Assembly (NCBI GenBank): GCA_964434285.1
Contig: CAYSUJ010000001.1
Location: 304,564 to 368,563 of the forward strand
DNA: 64,000 nucleotides
Origin: an uncultured Candidatus Saccharibacteria bacterium
GTDB lineage: Bacteria; Patescibacteriota; Minisyncoccia; Phycocordibacterales; UBA2100
Reading direction: 5' to 3'
The notes beneath the pieces are model-generated. The model saw nothing but the letters and a program-made list of their open reading frames with translations, had not been told where the DNA came from and made no database searches. Position 1 is the first letter of the stretch; every line of letters begins with the position of its first letter. The position numbers and the translations under genes are program-made. Positions 1-9,513 of the stretch are shown piece by piece.

Positions 1-2
1 AA

Positions 3-1532
3 ACGGCATTCGAGGGCGTCATTTCGTTCACGGTCATGATTGTGGGTGGTGCGCTCTTCGGACTCATCGTCGGCGGCGGTTTTTCGAAAATGATCGGCTG
101 GGCACGCTCCAGCGAGTCTGTATCCATTACGCTAACGCTTGTACTGGCTCACGTCACATTCCTGCTTTCAGAGTACATCTCCCACCACGCGCATATCGGT
201 AACTTCGAGGTCCACCTCTCAGCTATCACCGCAACAACGGTCGCTGCGATGGTCCTCGGTAATTACGGAAAGACAAAAATGCCTCTTCGTGCCGAGGAGT
301 TCGTGGAGAAGTTCTGGGGGCAGATGGCATTTCTTGCAAATTCGATCATCTTTGTCTTGATCGGAATGCTCGCGACGTCGCTTCCCTTTTCCTCCCCGGA
401 ACTTTTTGGACCTATCGTTATCGCCGTTCTCGTTGTCGCAGCGTCGCGCGCACTTTCCATTTATCCCGTCGTCGCGGGGTGGAACGCGTTTGCGCATGAG
501 GCGCGGCATATACCCCGCGCGTGGCAGCATCTGCTCGCGTGGGGATCTCTCCGAGGCGCACTCGCGGTCACTATGGCACTCCTCATTCCTACAACGCTCA
601 CCCTTCCCGAGTGGCAGCACGCTATGCCTATTTCCGAGGCTCTCCTCGCATTCACGACCGGGTGTATTTTCGTAACACTTTTCTTCAAAGCGACGACGAT
701 CGGCCCCTTGATGCATCGTCTTCGTGTCGGTCGCTTGAGTGAGATAGAAACGGCAGAATACGACGAGGCACGAGCGCTCGTGTATGCGCGCGTCCTCGCG
801 CGTCTCGCACGCTTTTTCGAAAAGAAATACATCCCCGAAGCGACATACAATGCCCTCCGGAATCACTACGAGGACCGCTTGCGGGTTTCGAGTGAAGAAT
901 GTGCGCAGGCCGGACGTGATGAAGCACTTGCCGAAGCCGCACTTCGCGTGTGGGTCTTGGGCATCGAGAAGGAGTCCTTAAAAGACCTTCTCCTCCACGG
1001 CGAAGTTTCAGAGCGCGTCTACAAGCGCATTGCGCACAAGCTTACGGTGCGCACCGAAGACGCGGAACGATATCTCAACTCGTCCGATATTCATATCAAC
1101 CACGCCGACGATATCTTTGAAAAAGCGGCGAGCATAGTGCGACGTCTCCTCGGAAGAGAGCCCGCCCCGCATGATCGCCTTGCAGAGGAATATATGTACT
1201 ACCGCGCCCTTGTTATCATCGCACACAAAGTCGAAAAGGAATTGTCTCGAATTAAGAGTGCTCGCTACGAGGGAGTATTCACCAAGACAACTCTCGAGAA
1301 CACCGAAGCAATTTACACAAGATTCAAGGCCGATGCGCGCGAAAAGATGGAGGCGGCTGAGAAGAAGGATCCGCAAACGACACAGGCACTCGCCACGCGC
1401 CTCGCTCATTGCGGCGTCCTCAAGGTGGAGGAGTATGTTCTTGACGACCTGCTCGAGCACGAAATGATCACGCCGAAAGTACGCGTGGCACTTGAAGAAG
1501 AGCTAGCGCGTGAGATCCGCGCACTCGCCTAG
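3..1532 (+). CDS. Na+/H+ antiporter (CPA1/NhaP-like) with C-terminal cytoplasmic domain; 5'-partial, the reading frame is open to the window edge
   Basis: Multi-TM N-terminal half (GGFSKMIGW..., LIGMLATSLPF...) typical of CPA1 exchangers, followed by about 250 aa of charged soluble domain. The frame continues upstream of the first ATG with no stop. Confidence 0.55.
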   Translation, partial: TAFEGVISFTVMIVGGALFGLIVGGGFSKMIGWARSSESVSITLTLVLAHVTFLLSEYISHHAHIGNFEVHLSAITATTVAAMVLGNYGKTKMPLRAEEFVEKFWGQMAFLANSIIFVLIGMLATSLPFSSPELFGPIVIAVLVVAASRALSIYPVVAGWNAFAHEARHIPRAWQHLLAWGSLRGALAVTMALLIPTTLTLPEWQHAMPISEALLAFTTGCIFVTLFFKATTIGPLMHRLRVGRLSEIETAEYDEARALVYARVLARLARFFEKKYIPEATYNALRNHYEDRLRVSSEECAQAGRDEALAEAALRVWVLGIEKESLKDLLLHGEVSERVYKRIAHKLTVRTEDAERYLNSSDIHINHADDIFEKAASIVRRLLGREPAPHDRLAEEYMYYRALVIIAHKVEKELSRIKSARYEGVFTKTTLENTEAIYTRFKADAREKMEAAEKKDPQTTQALATRLAHCGVLKVEEYVLDDLLEHEMITPKVRVALEEELAREIRALA

Positions 1533-1571
1533 AGTGCTTTTCTTTTCCCACTCCTGCGCTAGTATGCGCGT

Positions 1572-1877
1572 ATGAAATCCTTCGAGGTAAAGGGGAAAAT
1601 TTGGCGCTACGAAGACCCTTCCGGGCATACGGGCGGGTGGTTCTTTGTGTACGTCCCCCTTGCACTTTCACGTAAAATCAAAGACGCCACGCGTAATAAA
1701 AAGAAAGTGGGCTTCCAGTTCATCCGCGTCAAAGCAACGCTCGGCGAGACCACTTGGCGAACAGCCCTTTTCCCCACAAAAGACGGACCGTATCTGCTCG
1801 CCATCAAGGCCGATGTCAGGCGAAAGGAGAGTATTGGTGAGGGTGACAGCGTCAGCATCGCGTGTGTACTTGCTTAA
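1572..1877 (+). CDS. DUF1905-family small protein
   Basis: 101 aa; a GGWFFVYVP...KIKDAT motif closely resembles the DUF1905 fold family. Confidence 0.5.
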   Translation: MKSFEVKGKIWRYEDPSGHTGGWFFVYVPLALSRKIKDATRNKKKVGFQFIRVKATLGETTWRTALFPTKDGPYLLAIKADVRRKESIGEGDSVSIACVLA

Positions 1878-1932
1878 TGAGCCAATATACGACATAGTGC
1901 TGGCTGTCGTGTTCTAGCAACGGAGGAAATCA

Positions 1933-2214
1933 GTGACGTACTATCACATGACTAACTCAGATGCACCATACATTGGCGACAAAATCCTGCTTCGTAAAAT
2001 TCGCGAGGGATTTGTCCGAAACCCATCGACAGGGAAGATTTACTTCATTCGCGTCGAACATTCAAAGCAGAAAGCGTACCCAGTCCTTGCGAGCGGGATG
2101 GTTTCTCGCGAAGCGCTATCACTTCCAATGGACATGGTCGTAGAGCTGATGAATCCCGCCCGTCTTGGGATTCCCGCTGGTCCTATACCTTTCACGACCC
2201 AAACTACGCCCTAG
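1933..2214 (+). CDS. hypothetical protein
   Basis: 93-aa ORF followed by a bidirectional hairpin terminator; no recognisable domain. Confidence 0.3.
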   Translation: MTYYHMTNSDAPYIGDKILLRKIREGFVRNPSTGKIYFIRVEHSKQKAYPVLASGMVSREALSLPMDMVVELMNPARLGIPAGPIPFTTQTTP

Positions 2215-2230
2215 GGCTACGCGCGAAAAA

Positions 2231-2260
2231 AGAACGACCCGGACAACCGGGTCGTTTTAG
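2231..2260. terminator. bidirectional intrinsic terminator between the 1933-2214 ORF and rpoD
   Basis: gaacgacccgg-acaa-ccgggtcgtt stem-loop, A-run on the left and ttag/T-rich on the right; it overlaps the rpoD stop. Confidence 0.5.
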
Positions 2261-3498
2261 TATGATTTAAGCTGTTTAGCACGCTCATGAAAACGAATGC
2301 GCTCAAGCGCCTTCGCCTCAATCTGTCGAATGCGCTCACGGGTGACGCCGAATTCGCGCCCCACTTCTTCTAGTGTGAAGCAGATGCCCTCGTCGGTGAG
2401 ACCATTGCGCATTTCAAGAATCTTGCGCTCTTTGGGAGAGAGTTCGTCTAGGATCGCGCCCATTTGTTCGGAAAGAATGCGGCGTGAGGCGTCTTGATCC
2501 GGGCTTGAGATGGTTTCGTCGGCAATGAATGAGCCAAGGGTTGAACGCTCGTCGTCATCATCACCAACAGGGCTTTCAAGCGAAACGGTATCTTGGTTGA
2601 TCTTCTGAATCGTGTAAATCTTATCTACCTCCATACCCATTTCTGAAGCGATCTCTTCTGGGAGCGGATCGCGGCCGAGGTGCTGCGAAAGCTCGCGCAC
2701 CTTCTGCTTGTATTTTGCGATGGTTTCCACCATGTGCACCGGAATGCGGATGGTGCGGCTCTGATCAGCGAGCGCACGTGTAATCGCCTGGCGAATCCAC
2801 CAGGTAGCATAGGTTGAGAATTTAAAGCCCTTGGAGTGATCGAATTTGTCGACCGCCTTAAAGAGCCCGAGATTCCCCTCCTGAATGAGGTCGAGGAGGG
2901 TGAGATCGGGGCTGCGGTTTACGTATTTCTTCGCGATAGAAACCACGAGGCGGAGGTTGGAACGCGCAAGGATCGAGCGCGCCTCTTCGTCGCCATCGAG
3001 GATGCGCTGCGCAAGTTCACGCTCCATCGCGGCGTTCAAAAGCGGATACTGACCAATCTCACGCAGATACATCTGCACAGAGTCGTAGCTTGAATCCGAG
3101 CGGCGATGCTGCAGCTTCTTCTTCTCCAAGACTTCCGTCGCAGAGGTGTCCTCAAGCATGTTGCCACCTTCAAGGACGTCGATGCCGGCAGTGCCAAAGC
3201 GCTCATACATCTCTTCAAGAAGAAGCACATTGTCTTCGATGTGCGGAAACTCGCGCAGAATCTCGTCGTAAGTGACATAGCCGCGCTCGCGGCCAAGCGT
3301 GATAAGCCCCTGCATCTTCTGCTCATCTTTTGCGCCTCCGCGCGTAAGCGGCTTCACGTTTTTTGGAGCTGGCTTTTTCGCGCTGCGCGCCGCCGCCTGT
3401 GGCTTCACCTTTTTTGCCACCTTCTTTTTCGGTGCACGAGAAGCTTTGGGCTTTGCCTTCTTCACAGACTTCTTGACTTTTGTGCGCTTTTTTGCCAT
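2257..3498 (-). CDS. rpoD: RNA polymerase sigma-70 factor RpoD with a Lys-rich N-terminal tail
   Basis: Regions 2-4 are recognisable: [56 protein letters not shown]. The N-terminal 60 aa are K/A/P-rich. Confidence 0.9.
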   Translation of the reverse strand: MAKKRTKVKKSVKKAKPKASRAPKKKVAKKVKPQAAARSAKKPAPKNVKPLTRGGAKDEQKMQGLITLGRERGYVTYDEILREFPHIEDNVLLLEEMYERFGTAGIDVLEGGNMLEDTSATEVLEKKKLQHRRSDSSYDSVQMYLREIGQYPLLNAAMERELAQRILDGDEEARSILARSNLRLVVSIAKKYVNRSPDLTLLDLIQEGNLGLFKAVDKFDHSKGFKFSTYATWWIRQAITRALADQSRTIRIPVHMVETIAKYKQKVRELSQHLGRDPLPEEIASEMGMEVDKIYTIQKINQDTVSLESPVGDDDDERSTLGSFIADETISSPDQDASRRILSEQMGAILDELSPKERKILEMRNGLTDEGICFTLEEVGREFGVTRERIRQIEAKALERIRFHERAKQLKSY

Positions 3499-3559
3499 GA
3501 GTTAAAAAATATGCAACAGCGACACCGCTGCCTATTCGCAGCGGTTACGTGGTGCTATT

Positions 3560-5254
3560 CTACCCTTCTTTGACGATTTTGGCAATCTGCCCTGTCAATA
3601 ACTTCCCTCGCTCAAGAAGCATCCTTATGTCGTCGCCCCCCGCGGCCTCGGCGCGGCGTAGAGCTTCTGCATTCTCTGCGAGCTCCGCGTCGAGACGCTC
3701 ACGGGTGAGTGTGCGAATAATAAGTGCGATATCACGCGAAAGCGCTTCGCTTTCACCATGCAGACGCTCGGCACCGAAGCGCAGGCTCTCCCGTTCGTTC
3801 TCAGGATGCGCACGCAACTGTGCAAAGCGCTCACTACCGATGGCTTCCTCAAGTTGTGCCGCGAACTTCTGCACATCGAGCCCCGGCTTCGCGAGCGATT
3901 CTTGCCAGAGGAGGAGGCCAAACGCCTGTTTCGCGCGTTCGTTCGTCTTCTTCTCATGCGGCTTGTCTACGGCCGGAGGTGTGAGAGGTGTTGCACGCGC
4001 GAGTTTCGTGCGCGCTTCGGCGATCGCTGCTTCCGAAACGCCCAAGCGCTTCGCGATGAGGCGCTCGTACTGCTCGCGCGCGATCGGACTCTGCACATCA
4101 AGAAGAAACGGGAGGATTGCCGCTTCCACCACTCTCCGAAATGCGTCAGGAGCTTTGGCACGTGCCTCAAGTGCATCGAGAAGAAACGCGATTACATCCT
4201 TCGCTTCGCGAATGCGAACTTTCCATGCCTCTGCCCCTTCCTTGGAAATGAGATCGGCAGGGTCAATTCCCTGTGGCAATTCCACTATCTTCACATTCAT
4301 GCCCTGCTGGAGCGCCGAGCGTGCGGCGCGCGCGGCGGCTTTCAAGCCCGCCTCATCGGCGTCAAGCGCAATGCACAGATTCTCGCTCATACGCTTCAAA
4401 AGTGCGGCGTGCTCGACGGTGAATGCCGTGCCCGATACCGCGACGGTGTTCGTCCAACCAGCTTGATGGGAGAGAATGAGATCAAGCTGACCCTCGACGA
4501 GGAGAGAGAAATCAATCCGCCGAATGCTCTGCTTTGCTCTGTCGAAGCCGTAGAGAATGCGTGATTTATGATACAGCGGCGTCTCAGGTGAATTTAAATA
4601 CTTCGGTGCGTCGGGATGCGCCTTCTCACCGAACGTGCGGCCGCTAAAGGCAACGACGCGCCCCGCGTTGTCTGCAATGGGAAACATCACACGATTACGA
4701 AACTTGTCCGTAAGTCCCCTATCGCCCTTCTTCGCGAGCCCCGCATCCACGATTTCCTTATCGCTGAATTTTTTCGAGCACAAATGATCCGAGAGATCCG
4801 TCCAACCGTCTCCCGCGTAGCCGATGCGAAACGCCGTGATGGTCGGCTTCTCCAACCCACGTCCCACAAGATACTTCTCCGCCTCCGCATTCATCTTCGA
4901 CATATAAAACAATGTCGCCGCTTCCATCGCGGCAAAAAGGCGATCCTTGTCGTCTTCCTTTTCTCCGCGCGTAAACACGAGTTCTACTCCCGCTCGCTCA
5001 GCAAGAATCTTCATCGCACCTTTGAAATCAAGCCCCTCTATCGCTTCTACGAATGAAAAAATGTCACCACCAACGCCGCAGCCGAAGCAGTGATATGTTC
5101 CGCGATCGGGAGAAACGATAAACGACGGCGTGCGCTCCGAGTGGAACGGACACCGCGCCCGCATGTTCTGCCCCGCCCGCTCCAACTTCACATATCCCGA
5201 AACCACATCGACGATGGAGAGACGATCTTTGATTTGCTGGACGGTGTCGGACAT
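3560..5254 (-). CDS. dnaG: DNA primase DnaG. The ORF track extends to 5305; the likely start is the internal ATG at 5254 (MSDTVQQIKDRL...)
   Basis: CHC2 zinc finger CPFHSERTPSF...HCFGCGVGGD and a Toprim region (LVEGQLDLI, DADEAG); classic dnaG-rpoD adjacency. Confidence 0.88.
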   Translation of the reverse strand: MSDTVQQIKDRLSIVDVVSGYVKLERAGQNMRARCPFHSERTPSFIVSPDRGTYHCFGCGVGGDIFSFVEAIEGLDFKGAMKILAERAGVELVFTRGEKEDDKDRLFAAMEAATLFYMSKMNAEAEKYLVGRGLEKPTITAFRIGYAGDGWTDLSDHLCSKKFSDKEIVDAGLAKKGDRGLTDKFRNRVMFPIADNAGRVVAFSGRTFGEKAHPDAPKYLNSPETPLYHKSRILYGFDRAKQSIRRIDFSLLVEGQLDLILSHQAGWTNTVAVSGTAFTVEHAALLKRMSENLCIALDADEAGLKAAARAARSALQQGMNVKIVELPQGIDPADLISKEGAEAWKVRIREAKDVIAFLLDALEARAKAPDAFRRVVEAAILPFLLDVQSPIAREQYERLIAKRLGVSEAAIAEARTKLARATPLTPPAVDKPHEKKTNERAKQAFGLLLWQESLAKPGLDVQKFAAQLEEAIGSERFAQLRAHPENERESLRFGAERLHGESEALSRDIALIIRTLTRERLDAELAENAEALRRAEAAGGDDIRMLLERGKLLTGQIAKIVKEG

Positions 5255-5337
5255 GCTGTGAGCATACCATTTTGCGTCCATCCGGACATGGATGATAGTA
5301 TGCACTCAGAATTCTTTAGGAAAAGAAAGGGTCGATA

Positions 5338-5580
5338 ATGACGCCAGAAAAAGTTACTCACATCATCGAGATGTACGAACAGCGGCTTCGAGCAAATCAT
5401 ATTGGGAAGAAAAGGATCGATCCAAGGCGCACGTTTGCCTCTCTCTCTAAGAAAGAAATGCTCGAACATGCACACTTTCTCTGCGATGGAGCGAAGGCAC
5501 TCTGCAAAGATCCAGAAAAGCAACGCAAGACCGGGAGCCATTTGACGGCCATTCAGATGTGCCTGAGTTTCGCGGGGTAG
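5338..5580 (+). CDS. hypothetical small protein (80 aa)
   Basis: aaagg RBS-like sequence upstream and a strong downstream terminator; no known domain. Confidence 0.3.
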   Translation: MTPEKVTHIIEMYEQRLRANHIGKKRIDPRRTFASLSKKEMLEHAHFLCDGAKALCKDPEKQRKTGSHLTAIQMCLSFAG

Positions 5581-5632
5581 TTTACCCTCGCAGAGCTGAT
5601 GGAGCATAATCGTCCGTCCGAAAACTAGCAAA

Positions 5633-5676
5633 GAACCGCTCGCCCCTTTCGGGACGAGCGGTTCTTCTCTTTTCCA
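5633..5676. terminator. GC-rich hairpin terminator with T-rich tracts on both sides, likely bidirectional
   Basis: gaaccgctcgccc-ctttc-gggacgagcggttc followed by ttctcttttcc on the + strand. On the - strand the reverse complement is followed by UUUGCUAGUUUU. Confidence 0.55.
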
Positions 5677-5701
5677 ACTACTACCACGAGGGGTGCAAGA
5701 C

Positions 5702-5804
5702 GGGAGGCAAAAATGTCTCACGAGGGACCCCGCAGCTGGCGAGGATGAGCCTGATTTGCAAGCATGCAAATCAGGTCTGCCCGAGGGAGAGATTTTTGCC
5801 TCCC
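5702..5804. repeat. nested-hairpin structured repeat, copy 1; second copy at 46034-46142
   Basis: Outer 18-bp stem gggaggcaaaaatgtctc/gagagatttttgcctccc. Conserved junction ACGAGGGACCCCGCAGCTGGCGAGGAT. Inner hairpin cctgatttgca-agc-tgcaaatcagg. Conserved CCCGAGGGAG. Between copies the stems are wholly different while the junctions are identical. Confidence 0.6.
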
Positions 5805-5815
5805 GCGAGCACCCC

Positions 5816-8800
5816 TTATCCAACCTTCTCCTCCTCCACCGGCGCCATCGCAGCTTCTGCCGCAGCGAGCTCATTCTGGAGCGCGGTAATCATCTCGTTC
5901 TTCTTGGAGCCTTTGTAGCCGGTTCCAGCCGGGATAAGGCGACCAATGATGACATTCTCCTTAAGACCAACCAGCCTATCCACAGAGCCAGAAACTGCCG
6001 CCTCTGCGAGCTTACGCGGCGTGTTCTGGAAGGAGATTGCCGAGAGGAATGACGCACGCGTGAGCGAGACTTCAGTGATACCGAGGAGCAGCTGTTTGCC
6101 TTTTGCAGGCTCCTTGCCCTCATCCTTCATCACTTTGTTGATGCGCTCGAACTCGAAGTCGGCAACGATTTCGCCTGCGGAGATGCCCGTGTCGCCCGAA
6201 TGCGTGACGGAGATACGGCTAAACATCTGCTTAACGATTATTTCCAAGTGCTTACGCGCAGTAGAGACACCCTGCAGCTCGTAGATGCGCGTAATTTCAG
6301 CGATCACATAATCCTGAGCACGCTCCTTACCTGCGAGCAAGAAGAGTTCATCGAGGTCTGCCGAACCATCCGTGAGGAAGTCGCCCTTCTTTACCGAATC
6401 CCCTGCCTTCACGAGCAGTGTACGAGCTGGAGGAATGCGATATTCGGTATCGCGCTTTGTCGATTTGCCCGTATCTGGCGTGATGATGAGCACCGTTTCC
6501 ATGCCATCCTTCGCGATGTCGGTAATGACGCCGTCGACGCGTGCAATAGCTGCGGGAGACTTCGGCATGCGCGTTTCGAAGACTTCTTCAACGCGCGGGA
6601 GACCCATGGTGATGTCACCGCCTGCTGTCGCCACACCGCCGGTGTGGAACGTACGCATGGTGAGCTGAGTACCCGGTTCACCGATAGCCTGTGCGGCAAC
6701 GACTCCGACAGCTTCCCCAAGATCAATAAGCTGACCGTTGGAGAGGTCAACGCCATAACACTTCTGACAGACACCACGCGCCACCTTACAGGTGATCGGT
6801 GATCGTACGAGTGCCTGCGCAGCGTCCGAAGCTTCGATTGCTCTTGCATCATCACGAGAGAGTAGTGTATTGCGCTTAAAGTTTACACCAGTTGCTTCAA
6901 TCGTCTCAGCGAGGACGCGGCCTGCAAGACGTCCAGCGAACGAATCGCCGAGCTCTTCCTTACCGGGGCGGGCAATGAGAATGCCCTCCTTTGTGCCACA
7001 ATCTTCCTCGAGCACCACAACGTCGTGTGCGACATCGAAGAGACGGCGCGTGAGATACCCTGCGCGTGCCGTGTTCAAGGCGGTGTCGGCGAGACCCTTA
7101 CGCGCACCGTGTGTTGAGGTGAAGTATTCGATTGGTGTGAGACCCTCCTTGAGAGAAGAGAGAATCGGGAATTCAATGACTTCTCCACGCGGGTTCGTGA
7201 TGAGACCCTTCATGCCTGCCATCTGGTGCAGCTGCACAACGGAACCACGAGCGCCAGAGGTGATCATGTTATGCACCGGACCCTTCGGATCCAGTGCTTC
7301 CACAACATGCTTGCGAAGTTCGCCGGATGCCTTTGCCCAGATCTCGATCGTTGCGCGTCGGCGCTCCTCGTCGGTAAGAAGACCGTTTTCGTAGTTTTCT
7401 CGCTCCTTCGCCACAGCTTCCTTCGCTTCGTCGACGAGTCCGTCTTTCATTTCAGGAACGTGGACGTCAGAGATTGACCACGTGATTCCCGCATGTGTTG
7501 CATACTTGAATCCGAAGTTCTTGATCTTGTCGATGATCGCTGGAATGCCGTCGAGCGAGTAGTGCGTCACGAGTTCGTGCACGAGTGCACCCATCTTCTT
7601 GTTCGTGATCTCGTCATTGAAGTACGGGAAGTCGCTCGGGAGTACAGAGTTGAAGAGGAGGCGCCCGACAGATGTCTCGAACGGCTTCCCCTCGAATCGC
7701 GCGTACTTCTTGTTTTCGGTCGGAAGAACCCAAATCTTGGCCCTGAGATCAACTGCACCAAAGTCGTGTGCGGTGATAGCCGCATTCGTCGAAGGATATG
7801 TCGTACCCTCGCCCTTTGAGCCGTCGATCATTCGAGTCATCCAGTAGCACCCAAGCACAATGTCGAGGAGCTTCGAAGCAACAACGACATCGCCCGAACC
7901 CGGCTTCAAGACGTTCTTGTTTGCCGACATGATCTTTGCTGCTTCCATTTGCGACTCTTCAGAGAGTGGCACGTGAATCGCCATCGCATCGCCGTCGAAG
8001 TCTGCGTTGTATGCAGGACAGACAAGCGGGTGGATCTGAAGCGCATTACCTTCGGTGAGCACTGGACGGAATGCCTGAATTGATTGGCGGTGAAGTGTCG
8101 GTGCGCGGTTCAAGAGCACGTGCTTACCCTTAATTGCTTCTTCGAGAATGGGCCAAACTTCCGGTGCCTCGTCTTCGATGAGACGACCCGCGCCACGAAT
8201 ATTGTATGCGTGTTCGCGCTGGAGGAGACCCTGAATCACAAACGGGCGGAACAACTCAAGTGCCATATGCTTCGGCACGCCGCACTCATCGAGCGCGAGG
8301 TGAGGCCCAACGACGATGACGGATCGACCTGAGTAGTCGACGCGCTTACCAAGAAGGTTCTGGCGGAGATACCCGTGCTTGCCCTTCAAGTAATCGGCAA
8401 GCGATTTGAGAGCACGGCGGCGTCCACCAAGAACGCCAAGGACACCTGCGCCACGACGCATGGAGTTGTCCAAAAGCGCGTCCACCGCTTCCTGAAGAAT
8501 ACGCTTTTCGTTGCGGAGGATGACGTCTGGCGCATGGATCGCAAGCAAGCGCTTCAAGCGATTGTTGCGGTTGATGACACGGCGGTAGAGATCGTTAAGA
8601 TCAGACGATGCGTGACGACCACCCTCGAGGGCGACCATCGGACGAAGTGCCGGAGGCACAACGGGAAGACGCGTGAGGAACATCCACTCCGGGCGCACGC
8701 CGGCACGATGCATCGCCTGTGCGAGGGCAAGTCGCTTGCGTACCTTGTCGCGCTCAGCGGCTGGGGCTTTATCATACTCAGCGGAAACATTTTGAATGAA

Positions 8801-9508
8801 TGCTGCAAGATCGAGCTTCTTCAAAATATTGTAGAGTGCCTCAGGACCGATTGCTGCGCGGAACATTGCACCGTATTTAACGGCGAAGAGGTGGTACGCC
8901 GCCTCATCGAGAACAGACCCTTCTACGATCGACTCGATATCCTTCTTTGCTTTTTGCGCGAGATCTTTAAGACGCGTCTTTTCTTCTGCCGTTGCTGACT
9001 TCTGCTTCATTTGGTACTCGTTCTCAAGGTCCTTCAAAAGGCGCGTACGCTCCGTCTCGTCAACCGACGTCACGATGTAGCCCGCAAAGTAGACGACTTT
9101 CTCAACTTCAGCTGAAGACAAACCAAGAAGAAGTGCAATGCGCGACGGAATGCCGCGAAGGAACCAAATGTGCGCGACCGGTGTCGCGAGATCAATGTGC
9201 CCCATGCGCTCACGGCGCACGATAGCGCGAGTAATTTCTACACCACACTTTTCGCAGACGATGCCGCGAAAGCGGATACCGCGGTATTTGCCGCAATAGC
9301 ATTCGTAATCCTTTTCAGGCCCGAAAACGCGCTCATCGAAGAGACCGTTCTTTTCCGGACGCTGTGTTCGGTAGTTGATCGTCTCTGGCTTTGTAATTTC
9401 GCCGTGTGACCATTCCTGGATGCGATCAGGGGAAGCGAGGCGCATTTCAATCGCCTCGAACTCCTGCGGGATCGAATCTTTTGTGCGGCGCTGTGTGTTT
9501 GTGCTCAT
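5816..9508 (-). CDS. rpoC: DNA-directed RNA polymerase beta' subunit
   Basis: Zn-binding [24 protein letters not shown] at the N-terminus, NADFDGD catalytic motif, 1230 aa. Confidence 0.95.
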   Translation of the reverse strand: MSTNTQRRTKDSIPQEFEAIEMRLASPDRIQEWSHGEITKPETINYRTQRPEKNGLFDERVFGPEKDYECYCGKYRGIRFRGIVCEKCGVEITRAIVRRERMGHIDLATPVAHIWFLRGIPSRIALLLGLSSAEVEKVVYFAGYIVTSVDETERTRLLKDLENEYQMKQKSATAEEKTRLKDLAQKAKKDIESIVEGSVLDEAAYHLFAVKYGAMFRAAIGPEALYNILKKLDLAAFIQNVSAEYDKAPAAERDKVRKRLALAQAMHRAGVRPEWMFLTRLPVVPPALRPMVALEGGRHASSDLNDLYRRVINRNNRLKRLLAIHAPDVILRNEKRILQEAVDALLDNSMRRGAGVLGVLGGRRRALKSLADYLKGKHGYLRQNLLGKRVDYSGRSVIVVGPHLALDECGVPKHMALELFRPFVIQGLLQREHAYNIRGAGRLIEDEAPEVWPILEEAIKGKHVLLNRAPTLHRQSIQAFRPVLTEGNALQIHPLVCPAYNADFDGDAMAIHVPLSEESQMEAAKIMSANKNVLKPGSGDVVVASKLLDIVLGCYWMTRMIDGSKGEGTTYPSTNAAITAHDFGAVDLRAKIWVLPTENKKYARFEGKPFETSVGRLLFNSVLPSDFPYFNDEITNKKMGALVHELVTHYSLDGIPAIIDKIKNFGFKYATHAGITWSISDVHVPEMKDGLVDEAKEAVAKERENYENGLLTDEERRRATIEIWAKASGELRKHVVEALDPKGPVHNMITSGARGSVVQLHQMAGMKGLITNPRGEVIEFPILSSLKEGLTPIEYFTSTHGARKGLADTALNTARAGYLTRRLFDVAHDVVVLEEDCGTKEGILIARPGKEELGDSFAGRLAGRVLAETIEATGVNFKRNTLLSRDDARAIEASDAAQALVRSPITCKVARGVCQKCYGVDLSNGQLIDLGEAVGVVAAQAIGEPGTQLTMRTFHTGGVATAGGDITMGLPRVEEVFETRMPKSPAAIARVDGVITDIAKDGMETVLIITPDTGKSTKRDTEYRIPPARTLLVKAGDSVKKGDFLTDGSADLDELFLLAGKERAQDYVIAEITRIYELQGVSTARKHLEIIVKQMFSRISVTHSGDTGISAGEIVADFEFERINKVMKDEGKEPAKGKQLLLGITEVSLTRASFLSAISFQNTPRKLAEAAVSGSVDRLVGLKENVIIGRLIPAGTGYKGSKKNEMITALQNELAAAEAAMAPVEEEKVG

Positions 9509-9513
9509 AGGCG

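Noticed and set aside
5589-5632. Hammerhead-ribozyme-like string CUGAUGG...CGAAAAC just before the 5633 terminator
   Set aside because: The core is CUGAUGG, not CUGAUGA. Stem II would not pair (GGAGCAUAAUCGUCCGUCC) and no stem I/III partners are present. Chance resemblance.
5702-5804. Integron attC-site interpretation of the nested hairpins
   Set aside because: No integrase nearby, no GTTRRRY core sites, and both copies sit in housekeeping intergenic regions.
5188-5874. 228-aa minus-strand ORF spanning the dnaG start, intergenic region and structured repeat
   Set aside because: It crosses a terminator and the repeat element, overlaps the 5338-5580 gene antisense, and has an Arg/Ser/Cys-rich junk composition.
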